Source: Octopus vulgaris
Taxonomy: Eukaryota
Reading direction: 5' to 3'
Assembly: GCA_951406725.2 (NCBI GenBank)
Contig: OX597822.1
Location: 93,744,001-93,808,000, forward strand
DNA length: 64,000 nt
The notes under the pieces are model-generated. The model was given only the letters and a program-made list of their open reading frames with translations, searched no databases and was not told where the DNA came from. The position numbers and the translations under genes were made by a program. This document shows positions 62,911-64,000 of the stretch, in pieces; positions within the stretch are counted from its first letter, which is position 1; the number at the start of each line of letters is the position of its first letter.

Positions 62911-63670
62911 GAACTGTAGCGTGTAGCCATTTTCAAATAGTACCGCCAATTTGTGGTAGCTGGCAATACGACGTAATGTCATATTGCCGAAGAAATATGA
63001 TTGTCGTTTTCCCATTGGTTGAAATATCTGCTCATATAGGAATTCTAAAAATTAGTTAAAAAATATTTTTATGTGATTTCAATTCTTTAAAGTCAAGTTG
63101 AGCAGTTATAAAACCCCTGGATTTTGGGGGAAAACTTTAGTGTTTTGTGGGATGTTACTAAACTCCACGACACTCACTCATTTGAGACATTGGTTATCTT
63201 TTATGCCATGTCTATGAAAAATTCAACAAGACTTGTTTAAATTGTTGAGATCTATATAGTTAGTATGAAGAATTAGTGTAAATTTTAAGTCGTAATACTC
63301 TACGACAAACTTACTTTACTTCAAATTGTATTATAAATACTAAAAATGCTAAATGTACATAAATAAAATAAAAAAAAATCAAATGCCACGATCTGGATGG
63401 ACCACCTCAGGATCCTCGAAGTTGCTGCTTTCGGAAATCATTTGCATAGATTAAAGATAATTCAAGAGGGACAGGAGCATGCGCAGGTATGAATGTGTAG
63501 CAAGAAGTTCACAAAGAGTTTTTCGACCATATGGTTCCGGATTCTGTCCCACCGCGTCGCACCTTGAGCAAGTGGTTTCTACTATAGCCTCGGGCTGACC
63601 ACAGTCTCGTGAGTGGATGTTTTAGACGGAGACTGAAAGAAGCCCGTCGCACATATATATATATATATAT

Positions 63671-64000
63671 ATCAAAGCGTTGGCTCCGGTCATCTGCGAG
63701 CCCTTAACACGTCTATTCAATATGTCATTGGCGACAGGTGTTATACCTGCGGACTGGAGAACAGCGATAATCTGCCCAATTTTCAAGAAAGGGAGCCGCG
63801 AAGACCCGCTTAACTACCGACCGGTTTCCCTTACATCAATAATCAGCAAGATGTTCGAAACCATCCTTAAGAAAAGTATGATGCTCCACCTCCAAAACAC
63901 AGCCTCCATCTCTGATTCCCAACACGGCTTCGTGCCGAAGGGATCATGCTTGACCAACTTACTAGTAATGGAAGATTTGGTGACGCGCATCCTCGATGAT
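63671..64000 (+). mobile_element. 5'-truncated CR1/L2-type LINE reverse transcriptase running off the window
   Basis: Open frame IKALAPVICEPLTRLFNMSL..G.IP.DWR.AII.PIFKKG...NYRPVSLTS..SKMFE...QHGF..KGSCLTNLL. Confidence 0.9.

Overview
This is AT-rich, repeat-dense animal DNA, not prokaryotic. The SINE families and abundant (TA)n/(CA)n microsatellites suggest an octopus or other cephalopod (inference). The only well-supported host gene is DPH7/WDR85 (diphthine methyl ester esterase, WD40) on the + strand. Its last six coding exons were reconstructed by hand with consistent splice phases: 57-364, 3337-3491, 8675-8747, 28773-28838, 35437-35612 and 37695-37879. Its 5' exons lie upstream of the window. 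The rest is mobile DNA: tRNA-derived SINEs, CR1/L2 and RTE LINE fragments, mariner and hAT transposons, GG-terminal MITEs with 8-bp TSDs, a non-autonomous Helitron, a 5S pseudogene, and a Penelope-like element (RT plus GIY-YIG). The most interesting hidden signal is a dense set of about a dozen type I minimal hammerhead ribozyme motifs from about eight unrelated sequence families, mostly in (TA)n-targeted or fold-back insertions. They include non-canonical cores (a compensated G3-C8 swap just downstream of the DPH7 stop, A6U, U4C) and a retrozyme-like 348-bp tandem unit. All folds were made by eye and ribozyme activity is untested. Most ORFs in the supplied track are microsatellite or SINE artefacts.
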